A stretch of DNA of 64,000 nucleotides, taken from positions 1,107,386 through 1,171,385 of the forward strand of contig OY969098.1 of assembly GCA_963697785.1 (NCBI GenBank), in the 5' to 3' direction. Below are positions 43,690 to 53,838 of this stretch, in pieces. Positions within the stretch are counted from its first letter, which is position 1; each line of letters starts with the position of its first letter. This DNA comes from an uncultured Alphaproteobacteria bacterium. GTDB taxonomy: Bacteria; Pseudomonadota; Alphaproteobacteria; Rhizobiales; Beijerinckiaceae. The position numbers were made by a program, and so were the translations under genes. The notes beneath the pieces were generated by a model. The model was not told the origin of the DNA. It searched no databases and saw nothing but the letters and a program-made list of their open reading frames with translations.

Positions 43690-44378
43690 TGCGGCTATAT
43701 CGGAGCGGTTGGGATTTGGACCGCGCGAGACTTCAAGCGCGGCCGACGCGGTGCGCGATCTTTATGCAGATCGAGTTGCGAACGCCGCATGCAGCAGGGG
43801 CTATTGGAGGGTGAAGCGCGGCATCGACATCATCATCGCAAGCTGTTTGTTGATTCTGTTATTATCGATATTGCTCGTCACTACAGCGATAGCGTGGGTT
43901 GCGATCGGTTCGCCGGTGATCTTCTGGCAGCGCCGGGTTGGGCGTCTCGAAGCCAGAATTTTCGTCTTCAAGTTCCGGACAATGGCGGGCAATTCGATTG
44001 AGACGGTCATCGCTGCGAGCAATCCGACGGCCTGTCTTGGGTCGGGGCACTTCTGCGTCGCGCGCACGTCGATGAATTTCCGCAACTCTTCAAATACTTC
44101 GCGGAGATATGTCGCTGATTGGGCCACGCCCTTTGCTGCCGATTGGTCAACCTGCTGACAGCGAAACACGCCTTCTTGTTCGACCCGGCGTCACGGGTTG
44201 GGCCCAGGTCAATGGCGGCGCTGTCATCCCGACAGAAGACAAGAATGCGCTTGACGAATATTATGTTCATCAGGCTTCCCTCTGGCTCGATATCCAGATC
44301 CTGCTGAAGACCGCGAGGGTCGTATTTACCGGCGATCGACTTCCCGACGACGACGCTCGGTTGTCAGCTTGGCGATAA
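43690..44378 (+). pseudogene. sugar transferase paralog, catalytic domain only, 5'-truncated and frameshifted
   Basis: ERLGFGPRE..YWRVKRGIDIIIASCLL..GSPVIFWQRRVGRLEARIFVFKFRTM, then a frame break, then MSLIGPRPLLP..RPGVTGWAQVNGG..LDEYYV in ORF 44109-44378. Confidence 0.7.
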
Positions 44379-44645
44379 TTCATGCGGATAGGAGGGCAGG
44401 GGATTTGAGGGCGCTCGCGGACGATGGAGCGTTTCGCAGCCGTCTCGGCCAGTGACGGGCGGGGCTTTTTGCAGAACAAAGCCATTGCCGGCCATTCTTG
44501 CGGATCGCCAGATTTCCTCCGCTGCCAAGGCACTTGGGTATTGACTCTTGTTCTGCCAAACTCGAGTCGTTCTCAGTTTGCAGAGGGTTGACCCACCATC
44601 GCCCTTGTCTTCCCACTGCACTATAATGCACCAACGAGGTGCGTT

Positions 44646-44816
44646 ATGGTGCCCATCCAAGACCTTGTCCGCAAGAATAATCGTGATATCGCTTTATTTC
44701 GTGGGTACATAACTAAGCTCACTGGCAAACCAGGAAACCGAAAACTCAAAGGCGATCTGAAGCGGCGCATTGCCGCTGCGGAAGAGTCAAACGCCACCTT
44801 GCGAGCGGCGCGCTAA
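44646..44816 (+). CDS. small basic hypothetical protein (56 aa)
   Basis: ATG sits 5 nt after GAGGTG. MVPIQDLVRKNNRDIALFRGYITKLTGKPGNRKLKGDLKRRIAAAEESNATLRAAR. It is below the ORF-track size cut-off. Confidence 0.25.
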   Translation: MVPIQDLVRKNNRDIALFRGYITKLTGKPGNRKLKGDLKRRIAAAEESNATLRAAR

Positions 44817-44839
44817 GGTCATGTCAAATTCAAGCAGCG

Positions 44840-45148
44840 TTAGGGCCTCGGGGCATTGTTATCCCTCCGCTGAGGGGGGTCATAGTTCGCGATGCCGGAA
44901 AGCAGATAGCCGACAAGTGCGCCGATCAGCGTTCCGATGGTGGCGCCGTCTAAAATCTTTTCAAGCGCCAAGATTAGGATGACGGGGACCAAGAATACGA
45001 CGCCAAGAAATTGAATTGACCTCCCGCCGATGGGTTTGCCTGCCACGATGCGATGCAACATAAAACCGAGAAAGCCAATCGGCAGCATTGCGATGGCGAC
45101 AAGTTCGACGATGCCTTTGACTGTGAGAGTCGTCCAAAATCCCTGCAT
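44840..45148 (-). CDS. small membrane protein
   Basis: 102 aa with three hydrophobic helices (IVELVAIAMLPIGFLGFML, FLGVVFLVPVILILAL, IGTLIGALVGYLLSGI). Confidence 0.4.
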   Translation of the reverse strand: MQGFWTTLTVKGIVELVAIAMLPIGFLGFMLHRIVAGKPIGGRSIQFLGVVFLVPVILILALEKILDGATIGTLIGALVGYLLSGIANYDPPQRRDNNAPRP

Positions 45149-45359
45149 AGGCCAACCATATAGGAAGCGCGGCCCGGAGGCGAGGGCAGGTCAAGAGGCC
45201 CGAATTTCAAACGGAGACACGATTAATTTTGATATTGGCCCCCTTTCCGCCGCCACTCGCCCGATGAAAACGGGCCAGCAAGGGGAAATGACGTGACGAA
45301 TTAGTAGACGCGAATGGTAGCGAATCCGCGTCTTCACCGTGGGCTGGCCCGCAAACGAC

Positions 45360-45905
45360 TCATTGTCGAATGTCGCCGTAGATCTTGAGAAAGCCTTTAA
45401 GGAATTCGGACTTGGGAATAGCCCTGATACTTTTTAGTGTATCGACTGGAACTTTCTCGACAAACATTTCTCGGCCTTGCTCTGTTAGAGATTCAGGACG
45501 ATGAAAATATTGCCAATACATGTAGCCGGATTCTTCGGCGTTGAGGCGTTCGCTGCAGAGTTCGACGCCAACGATTGAAAATAGAATAAAGCTTTCGGCC
45601 AGCTCGGGATCATATTCTAAAATCTGTTTCCCGTCTTGGTTTGCGTGTTTGAAAATGTTTGCTGGTTCTTTCAGAATTTTTTCCCACAGACGTCGATACT
45701 CGGTCTCGATCGCGAGCGAATCGAAAAGCAGGCTGCGGCGCTCCGGATTTGGCTGCTTGCTTATCGCGTGAATGATTTCATAAGCCGCATGCGCCAATGT
45801 ATGAATGGATACAGAATCGCTACCCTTGAACCACAATTAAATCGCAGTTTGCAATTGCCGGCGCGCAGCATCCAGCTTGCTTATAGTCAGCTTTCCCTCG
45901 GCCAT
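45360..45905 (-). pseudogene. hypothetical protein interrupted by an in-frame TAA (45837-45839)
   Basis: ORFs 45837-46055 and 45360-45836 are in the same frame and adjacent: ..KLDAARRQLQTAI * LWFKGSDSVSIHTLAHAAYEII.. reads as one protein. Confidence 0.45.
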
Positions 45906-47074
45906 GTCCAAAGCCCCGAAAGCAAACATAATAACGAGAATTGGCGAGGGTTTGAGCGCGCCGTTGATGCTGAGATCAAGAGCGGGCCAAAACACCGAAG
46001 CGATAAAAATCCAGCTCCTCATCTTCAGAAGACAATTTGAAAGAGCCGGCTCCAAACGCGGAGATACGCTTCAGTTGCCGTTGATGTCAGAGCCGTTGGA
46101 GCTTCCGCCGCCTAAAACAAGCCATTCCCTGCTTGATAAACCGGAAAGTGAAGAGGCCGCCGACTGGAGCGGCCTTATCCTAGCCAATGACTAAGCTTAG
46201 CGTGAAACCGTGCTGAGGGGTAGAAGCAAGGAGGCCCGCAGATCTCTCTTGACGAGCGCACGCGCTCGCACGCTCCATGCAGCAAGGCTATCTGCGGATC
46301 TCCCGCGCTTCGGCCGAGGCTGCGACGAAAGCGAAAGGTCTCCCCCTTGAAGCGGCCCGCGACGAATGGGGCAGCGGTCCGCTCATTGTCGTACGCGGGC
46401 TGCGTCTCATCATCGAATCGCTCGAGGCGTCGAAGCGAACCGGCAGCACGCCGGTGGGCGCTACCGGTCGGACGAAGAGCGGCGCTCTGTCGATCAGGGT
46501 ATTTCCCGCCAACGCGATCGATGGTCTTCTCTTCAAGAATGTGACTGTCGATGTCCATATGGCAGCGGCGCAAGCGGAACACTTTTCTTTTTGGCCGCCG
46601 CGGTGAACCCTACCAAACGATTGATGAGTTCCTCATCGCGACGCTGTTCCTCGCCGTCGGCAGCCGGGAGTGGTCCGTTGGTAACTGCTAAGATGAGGGC
46701 GAGCGCCTGTTTAAAGTCCGAGCGCCCAAGACGCCTTCGAAACTGACCGAGTGGTTTGCGTAAGCGTCCGCTTGCAGCAACCTGGGACAGTGCGTTATCC
46801 AATTTATCGGTAAATTCCTTGTCCGTATGCCGCTTTTCCAGAACCCAACGAACATATCATGCGCTTTCACGAACTGATCGTGCCAGACATTTGCAGGCAC
46901 CGGAAATCGATTGAGCCAAAGTATCCAGCCAACTCGTTCGACGGAATGAAACTTCTGGATTGATATCGTGCCTTCGCGAACACCATACACACCAACTAAA
47001 GTCGGAAATCACCAAAGGCGCCAGTCCCATTTTCTAATACACAATCGCAGCGAAAGGGCGCTATCGCGCCTTGT

Positions 47075-47242
47075 TTATGGACGCTCGAGGAATCTGAAGT
47101 AGAAAGCTGCGAACACCAAGACAATGCCGATATTCACTGTCAGCCGTTCCCAGAATCGGTTTCTGAAGAACACGAAATCTACACCGACTATGACTGCTGC
47201 CATCGCCACTACGCAAAGCACTACAGCTACCTGTCTGCCCAT
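47075..47242 (-). CDS. small two-TM membrane protein
   Basis: MGRQVAVVLCVVAMAAVIVGVDFVFFRNRFWERLTVNIGIVLVFAAFYFRFL. Confidence 0.4.
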   Translation of the reverse strand: MGRQVAVVLCVVAMAAVIVGVDFVFFRNRFWERLTVNIGIVLVFAAFYFRFLERP

Positions 47243-47280
47243 TTCAGTCCATGCTCCACATACATCGAGCAGAAGAATCC

Positions 47281-47628
47281 GTGAAAACAATCATTGCCAT
47301 CTGTATCCTAACCCTCGGCGCAACGCCTGCGCTCGCTGAAACAATTCAACCGACGGACGCTCAAGCGCATGTGGGACAAACGGCGACAATTGAAGGAACG
47401 GTCAGCGAGGTTCATTTCGCAAATCGCTCGGAGACGACTTTTATCGACTTTGGTGGCACCTATCCGGACAACGCCTTTACTGCGGTAATCTTCAAGGAGG
47501 ATGCCGCTAAGTTTCCCAGCGTCGAAGGCCTAACAGGCAAAACGGTGGACGTCACCGGATCAATCGATTTGTACAAGGGAAAGCCGGAAATCATCTTGAG
47601 GTCTGCTGACCAACTGAAACCTCACTAG
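47281..47628 (+). CDS. secreted small protein (OB-fold-like, tentative)
   Basis: GTG start. The signal peptide is VKTIIAICILTLGATPALA/ETIQ. The body is ..VGQTATIEGTVSEVHF..TFIDFGG..GKTVDVTGSIDLYKGKPEII. Confidence 0.45.
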   Translation: MKTIIAICILTLGATPALAETIQPTDAQAHVGQTATIEGTVSEVHFANRSETTFIDFGGTYPDNAFTAVIFKEDAAKFPSVEGLTGKTVDVTGSIDLYKGKPEIILRSADQLKPH

Positions 47629-47798
47629 TCCCGTGCCACCGATAGACGCAATTCTTAGCGTAGGCAGATGCTAAGCGGAATGTGCCGCCCTAAGCTAGGC
47701 GCGAGTATCCTGTGGAGACACATTACCATTGCCGTTTGAAGAACCACCGGGCAAAAATGAAGCCGCCAACTGAGGCGCCCCGTCGAGACATCAGTATT

Positions 47799-48701
47799 TT
47801 ATTGAGCGACAACCGGAGCCGGCGGCCCGAATAAGTTGAACCGGTAATTCAGGCCAACACGCACGATGTTACCCCTGAAATCCGCAGTCGATGAAACGCC
47901 AAGGCGCGTAAACGAGAGTCCGGTCGATGTCGTGTTGAGTGTCCCGAGGTTATAGGTCGCGCTACCGAGATCGTAATAGAGGTACTCCGCCTTCGCCGAC
48001 CAATTCGGCGCAAAGCTCCATTAAATGCCGCCCCCTATGGTCAATCCAGCGCGGATACCTGAAATCAATTCGCCGCCGGAAATGCGACGCAGGAAGCGCA
48101 TGGACGGTTAAGCGTCTCAGCCAAAGTTGTGCTGGAGGCTACATGACCATAGGCTAAGCCGCCGGTCGCATAAATCAGCAAGGGATTGATGGGCGTGAAG
48201 CCGAGGCGCCCTCGCACGGTCTCAAGGTAATCAATTCGTTGGTCGCCGTGCCGAAACAGAGACCGAGTTTGCCGGAAAACCGGGGATAGAGCTCCGTTAG
48301 AGAGCGGGTGTCAGAGCCGTGGATATCAGCCCCGGAAAAGTCGGTCTCAATGCCCCATACAAATCGGCCAGCCTGATAATTATAGCCCAATTGGCCACCG
48401 CCAATAAATCCACTTGGACGAGGGTTGAACCTCGGAGGAATGGACGCCGCGGTCGCGGGGCCAGGAGCAGGACAACCACTTGCTGCGGGATTGCAGAAGA
48501 TTGAGGTTACGGAAGTAGTGACATCGTCGCCGGTTCACCCATAGCCGGCAGACGCACCAATATAGAGGCCTTTCAGCTAAAAGTAGGTGGTGGCGGCGCA
48601 AAGAACGGCGCCTCCTTGATTTTCGGCGGGTCGGCCGCATGGGCAATACCGACAGTGCCAACGGCAATGAGCGCCACCGCCATGGCAAAATGCTTTTTCA
48701 T
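47799..48701 (-). pseudogene. outer-membrane beta-barrel protein (Omp25/Omp31/RopB-like porin family), several frameshifts
   Basis: Signal peptide MKKHFAMAVALIAVGTVGIAHAADPP. Internal pieces include GGGQLGYNYQAGRFVWGIETDFSGADI (part of it off-frame). The terminal strand GNIVRVGLNYRF is present. The pieces lie in three frames. Confidence 0.6.
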
Positions 48702-48797
48702 GAAATAGCCCCCTAAAAACCAGATATCGTACCCGACCTCAGTTTCAGATGCAGTGATATTTCCGCCAGGGCCACTGAGAATCAGGGTCTCTGTGAA

Positions 48798-48850
48798 TTA
48801 GGACACTCCCTCCCGCAACTTAGGACACTCGCTCTCAAGTTCGGACACTA
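48798..48850. repeat. three direct repeats TT(A/C)GGACACT at 21-22 bp spacing
   Basis: ttaggacactc (48798), ttaggacactc (48820) and ttcggacacta (48840). They lie in the intergenic region upstream of the porin gene. Confidence 0.6.
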
Positions 48851-49032
48851 CCCCCCGCGCGAGCCCCGCGACCGCCGCAAGCACGCAGCACGCGATCCGG
48901 CCGCGGGACACGCAATTTCATCCATCCTCCTCGCGTTTCTGGCCTTCCGTCTGCGCGCCGATCGTCGCCGCACGAACCGCGGCTTGCGACCTCATTTTTG
49001 TTCTTGCGGAGCGCAAAAGTTTGCTTGCAGGT

Positions 49033-50292
49033 TTACTCGGCCGGAATCGACTCGGCGTGCGGAATATTGTGCTCGCGCATATAGGCCAGCTCGGCCGGCG
49101 TCGCGAAGGTCCGGTCCCAGTTGTCGAGATAGGGTTTCATCAGGCGCTTATAGATCGGCGGGATGAATGAGATCATCACAAGCGTGACGTAGGTGTAAGG
49201 AAGGCACGGCGCTTCCGGGGCAAGCTTCAGATCGGCGCAATGGCGAAGCGGATGCAGGTGATGGTCGGTATGGCGAGCGACGTTGTAAAGGGTCGCGCCG
49301 GTGATCGTTCTATAGACGTCCCAGCTGAGGTGATGGTCGAGGGGCTCGCCTTCCACGCGAAACAGGCCGAAATGCTCGATATAGGCGATGCTTTCGAGCA
49401 TCATCCGAGCGATTATGCCGGCCCCGATAAAGGCCAAGCCACCGACCGGGCCGCCAATTGCGATGAAGATGACGAAATAAAGAACGGAGATGCCCCAGGA
49501 GGTGATGAACCGGTTGTGAAAAGAGAAAACAGAGCGCCCCTGGCGGCGCAAGCGGTCGGCTTCCGCCTTGGCGGCATAGCGCGTATTGCCGATGACGCAG
49601 CGTATGGTGAAAGTATAGAGGCTTTCGCCGCGCCGCGCCGTGCCGGGGTCTTTCATGAGGCCGAGAAAGCGGTGGTGACAGAAGGGATGATGGAGGAAAA
49701 AGACCGGGTCGAGGCCTAAGCCGCCGATCCAGCGCGCGAGCGTGAGATCGAGCTTGGAATTCAGCCGATGGGACAGCTCGTGTCCCGCCGTCTGCCCCAT
49801 GCCCCAGGAAAATCCATGCACGACGACGCCGAGCGCCTTGTCGAGCGGGCTGGTTGCGGCTCGGGCGGCGTCGAGGTCGATGCCTAGGTGTCTCAGGCCC
49901 GCGGCGATGTGCAGGGGGTCGCCGCTGGTGAAGTAATAGGCGAGAAGCACGCCATTCGCCAACATGAGCGGGAGACCGATCCGCAAGAAGAAATCGTGCA
50001 AGGCGTGGGGCGGGTTTTCAGGCTCGGTGAGGTCGTCCGCGAATTTGGCGGTGCCGATGTGAGCTATGAAAAGGAAAACGATCAAGGGAAGCCACAGCCA
50101 AACACCGCCGAACAGAAGGCCGGCAAGGCCGCAAAGAAAGGATACGTCTTGCAGCGAATAGCGCAGATGGGAAGCAAACGCTGCGAGAGGAGAGGAAAAC
50201 CGGAAGCGCTTCGGCGTAACCACGGTCGTGGACGTCATGGTCAGTTTTCCTGTTTCTCCAAATTCAGGACATTGCGTGGCTGCGAATCGCAT
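49033..50292 (-). CDS. AlkB-family integral-membrane non-heme di-iron hydroxylase (alkane 1-monooxygenase / fatty-acid desaturase type 1)
   Basis: Intact. His boxes HELSHR, HHPFCHHRF, AYIEHFGL and ARHTDHHLHP. The start may be the internal MTSTT at 50238. Confidence 0.8.
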   Translation of the reverse strand: MRFAATQCPEFGETGKLTMTSTTVVTPKRFRFSSPLAAFASHLRYSLQDVSFLCGLAGLLFGGVWLWLPLIVFLFIAHIGTAKFADDLTEPENPPHALHDFFLRIGLPLMLANGVLLAYYFTSGDPLHIAAGLRHLGIDLDAARAATSPLDKALGVVVHGFSWGMGQTAGHELSHRLNSKLDLTLARWIGGLGLDPVFFLHHPFCHHRFLGLMKDPGTARRGESLYTFTIRCVIGNTRYAAKAEADRLRRQGRSVFSFHNRFITSWGISVLYFVIFIAIGGPVGGLAFIGAGIIARMMLESIAYIEHFGLFRVEGEPLDHHLSWDVYRTITGATLYNVARHTDHHLHPLRHCADLKLAPEAPCLPYTYVTLVMISFIPPIYKRLMKPYLDNWDRTFATPAELAYMREHNIPHAESIPAE

Positions 50293-50782
50293 TTCGTAAT
50301 TGTCGAGGCCATTATTTTTTGATCTTGGTTACAATCGATCTTGAGTTCGATTTTATTGGAGCCAGCGTACTAGCATATCAGATCACCTCAGCTATCACCA
50401 ACGCAAATTCCTCCGACAGTCGATTCCATTCCCGATCAACTCGAGCGCTTGGCGGTAAGCCCCATGGTTGATGGTTCCGCCGCATAGCTTTGGCAATAAT
50501 CACGACAACATCGGACTCGTCGCCCAGAAAAGCGCAACCGCAGGCGTCGCAACTCCATCGCGAATTTATTGGCATCGGTCGGCGGCAAGCTAGAGAGCTT
50601 CTATTCCGGGTTCAGCTCGCCGCTGGAGGCTATGACCCGACGCGGAGCCACCTAGAACCCGAGTGCGGTTCCGGCCCGCGCATAGCTCAGCGAAGCTTGA
50701 TAATTTAACGGGGCATCTGAGAGGTTTTACATCTTACCCTGGCGTTGAAGAGGTGACCCGCTCGTCCGGTCGAAGCGGGCCA

Positions 50783-51028
50783 TCACCCGCGGGTTGAAGA
50801 GCACGCCTCACCATCCGCAGGCGCGCGGATGCCAGTAACACCAATGGCGATGCATCCCCAACGGTGCCAACCCGAGCCATGGTGCCACGAAACATGCTGA
50901 ACGAGATCGGAGCTCGTATCCATGTAAGCGTGCGTGGGAACGTAAGGCAGTGCCGAAGCTTCTTGTATTGAGACGGTGATAAGCGCTGCTGCGCCTAGCA
51001 GAAGCGGTATGATCCTGGATAAGCTCAT
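50783..51028 (-). CDS. small secreted hypothetical protein
   Basis: ATG follows GGAGGAAACC. The signal-like N-terminus is MSLSRIIPLLLGAAALITVSIQEASA. A His/Trp-rich stretch WHHGSGWHRWG follows. Confidence 0.35.
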   Translation of the reverse strand: MSLSRIIPLLLGAAALITVSIQEASALPYVPTHAYMDTSSDLVQHVSWHHGSGWHRWGCIAIGVTGIRAPADGEACSSTRG

Positions 51029-51307
51029 GGTTTCCTCCATTTAATTCGCTAGAAGTACTGCGTCTCAACTGAATGTTCGCTGAATTCCGCGCGGAAGGGA
51101 ACACTTTCGCTTTGGTTCGTCAATGGGGAGACGATCAGTTTCCTTCCACTTGGCGACCGGAAAGTTAATGCGGCACGCCAAGTTGAAGCCATTGACCGCA
51201 GAGCGACTTCCCCTGTTCGTAGGATGAACTCGACGGCAGAGGGCGAGTGGTGCTGGTCATTCAACAAAAGCTGGTGAAGCCGGCCGCCGTGATCCGAGGT
51301 AATTTCT

Positions 51308-52370
51308 TTGGAGGGCGACCTTGTGACGGACGGTGTCATAAGAATCCTTTCAATCGACGGCGGCGGCATTCGCGGGATTATCCCAGCAATCGTCATCAAA
51401 GCTTTGCTGGGCGACCTGAGGGCACAAGACACTTTTCACATCATCGCAGGCACGTCGACCGGGGGCATTATCGCCTGTGGCCTGGCGAAACCGGATCCCA
51501 TAGACCTCGACGACATCATCAATCTTTACGTGGAACATGGAGGAGAGATTTTCAAAAAGAGGCTGATAGACATCGGTCATTATCTCTACGGTCCGAGATA
51601 TCGATCGGCGACTTTGGAGAACTATCTGGCCTCAGAATTTGGAAACACATTCCTCTCGGAAGTAAGGGGCATTGAATTGCTAGTACCCAGCTATGCAATT
51701 GGACTGCCGAAGGAGAAGCCGCCCGGTAATTCATGCGCGCCGATGTTCTTTCGAAGCTGGCAGGCACGGGGCCAATTGCTCGGGCCGGGTGTGACGCGTG
51801 AAGAATATGATTTTGAACTTAAGTCAGTCGCCCGGGCAACTTCGGCAGCTCCGACCTTTTTCCCGCCTGCGACGATTGTGAATAGGGCAGGGCAACCGTT
51901 CACGATGATTGACGGTGGCGTATTCGCGAATGATCCGGCGTTATGCGCAGTGGTAGAAGGGTATCATTTATATCACTCAAAAGAATTTTTGGTTGTCTCG
52001 ATTGGTACAGGCGGTGATCCCACCGCGCGATGCTCACGGCTGCTGCCCTGGGGAGACCTTTGGGGTTGCCGATTCGACCTGCATGGTCTCGAACGTAGCG
52101 CGAAACGGCAGGCTAGGTGAAAATAGCCAGAAGGATAGCCGTTTCGCTCACCAGGAACACCCCAAGGGCGATCGAAGCTGCAATGGCTGTCGCTTCGCCG
52201 TCGATCATCAAGGCGTCCAGGAACGAGCAGAAGATCTCATAGAGACTAGGCGAGCCGATATAGAAAAATTCAGGACAGAATTGTCTAAGCCAAGAGCGAA
52301 TCTTCAGGTGAAGGGATACTTGCCTGCGAAGGGCATTTTGACGTCTCCGGATGAGCAGGGACAGACGTGA
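51308..52370 (+). pseudogene. patatin-like phospholipase, C-terminal frameshift(s) after about 52010
   Basis: ILSIDGGGIRGIIPA (oxyanion), IIAGTSTGGIIA (GxSxG) and IDGGVFANDPA (Asp dyad). After VVSIGTG the reading frame breaks. ORF 51993-52370 supplies a plausible tail. Confidence 0.7.
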
Positions 52371-52539
52371 TTACGCAGGAGCTAACCAGCGATCTCGATT
52401 TGTTCCCCAGGAGACTGGTATAGTTTTTCGTATCTGAAGAATGAGTGCACGGCAGAACAGCGCCGTCATCCTTGTGCCTGCGGGAGAATTTCCGTGCCCG
52501 GCGCCGCCGGCGTCGGATAAGGGGTCCCGGAGGTTTTTG

Positions 52540-52980
52540 TTGGCGATCGGCTGTCCGCGCCGGATTAGCGGCGGAGAGTTGACCGAAGCCCGCAACCTTC
52601 ACCCGCAAGTCGATGAGAATGTAATCATCTTTGGAGCGAACCACGTCGCGACCTTCTACACCGTTTAATTGAAAAATGCGCGTTAGGACGTCAGCGGGTT
52701 TTGGCGATTGTCGATTCCGACCCGCGTTTCCGGAATCAAACGCTTTGCGCGACCCCTTATTGGAACGCCAGAGGATCTGCCTGCGATCCTGCACGAGTAC
52801 AGAACTCATGGCATTGAAATTCGCGCATTGAAATTCGCGAACTCTCGTTGCGATCGAGCGGTCGCAATTGTCTCAACCGCGCCGCAATGTCTGCGGCCGA
52901 CAAAGAGCGGCTCATGGAGACTTGTTCAGTAATCGGCAGCGTGCTCCATCCAGGTTCGTATTCCACAGGAGCCCGATTCG
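52540..52980 (+). pseudogene. decayed internal fragment of a third sugar-transferase paralog
   Basis: GELTEARNLHPQVDENVIIFGANHVATFYT..IGTPEDLPAILHEYRTHGIEIR..IERSQLSQ aligns with residues about 135-260 of the 38213 gene (roughly 85% nt identity by eye). It contains a 15-bp tandem duplication, cattgaaattcgcgc/cattgaaattcgcga (52811-52840). Confidence 0.6.
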
Positions 52981-52999
52981 GGATGCCTTCGCGGCGTTT

Positions 53000-53770
53000 C
53001 TACTTGGCCAATTGCGCAAAATATATCCGCGTGGCATACGGCACGTTCATTTTTTCTGGGAAGCTCGCCAGGTATTTCGTGATTTCGGCGATGATCCGAT
53101 CGAATACCGCATCACTGCCCGCTTGACGTCTCAAAGTGGCATGCGATTTCCAAGCGATGATGACATCGGCCTTAGGCATTTCCCAATTGAACGTGCGTTC
53201 GATCGACTTCGCTGGCAAAAAATAGCCGCTGGAATTGATCACATTGGTGGGGTCTTCTCGCCTTGACCCATAAGAATAGCCCGCGATGAACGATTTGATA
53301 ATAGATTCAATTTTCTGCTGAATGGGATCGTCCAAATCTCGGTGATTCCACATGCAGGCAAACCATCCGCGCGGCAATAGTATTCTCTTGACCTCTGCCA
53401 ACGTGGCCTTTTGATCGACCACGTTGAACGAGCTGCCAAAAAATACGGCGTGAAAGGTATTCGCTGGCAATCCAGTCGCCTCGCCGGTTCCGACGGACCA
53501 AGTAACGGATTTTCCATTTGTATTTTTGATGCCGATTTCGCGCATCGCATCGTTCGGCTCAACCGATTGAAGAGTCAGCCCGTGCTTCAGCAACTCCTTC
53601 GTGAGTTTGCCGGTGCCTGCGCCGATTTCGGCGATAGGGGTTTGCGGGGTGCATCCCGTGGCGGTTACCAGATCCCTGATTGCGTCATAGGAGTAGTCGG
53701 CTCTCTTATCGTAGTGAGACGCATGCTCTGTGTAATCCCAATTGACTTTTGGACTCGTCGAATTTGTCAT
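53000..53770 (-). CDS. class I SAM-dependent methyltransferase
   Basis: ATG at 53770 follows GAGGAATATT. IAEIGAGTGKLTKELLKHGLTLQSVEPNDAMRE (motif I and post-I) and FHAVFFGSSFN. Intact. GC is lower than in the upstream genes. Confidence 0.75.
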   Translation of the reverse strand: MTNSTSPKVNWDYTEHASHYDKRADYSYDAIRDLVTATGCTPQTPIAEIGAGTGKLTKELLKHGLTLQSVEPNDAMREIGIKNTNGKSVTWSVGTGEATGLPANTFHAVFFGSSFNVVDQKATLAEVKRILLPRGWFACMWNHRDLDDPIQQKIESIIKSFIAGYSYGSRREDPTNVINSSGYFLPAKSIERTFNWEMPKADVIIAWKSHATLRRQAGSDAVFDRIIAEITKYLASFPEKMNVPYATRIYFAQLAK

Positions 53771-53838
53771 AATATTCCTCTTGATGGGTCGTTGATTGGT
53801 CAAGTCGATCAAAGTTGTCGGAGACACGAATAAATTGG

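Noticed and set aside
46100-47000. Overlapping ORFs on both strands (46175-46582, 46277-46606, 46533-46802, 46688-46990) that look partly protein-like (..KAHDMFVGFWK..HTDKEFTDKLDNALSQ..; ..SIRVFPANAIDGLLFKNVTVDV..).
   Set aside because: I could not decide the strand or the family, and the frames break repeatedly. It is probably another decayed gene, but no supportable call is possible without a database search.
50378-50575. The 65-aa ORF next to the AlkB-family gene could be a rubredoxin (it contains CDACGC).
   Set aside because: Only one CxxC pair is present, there is no second CPxCG knuckle, and the length and composition do not fit rubredoxin.
51308-52370. The patatin-like phospholipase could be a CBASS-type defence effector.
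   Set aside because: No cyclic-oligonucleotide synthase, E1/E2/JAB or other CBASS partner is adjacent. The flanks are a small secreted protein gene and a sugar-transferase relic, and the gene itself is frame-disrupted.
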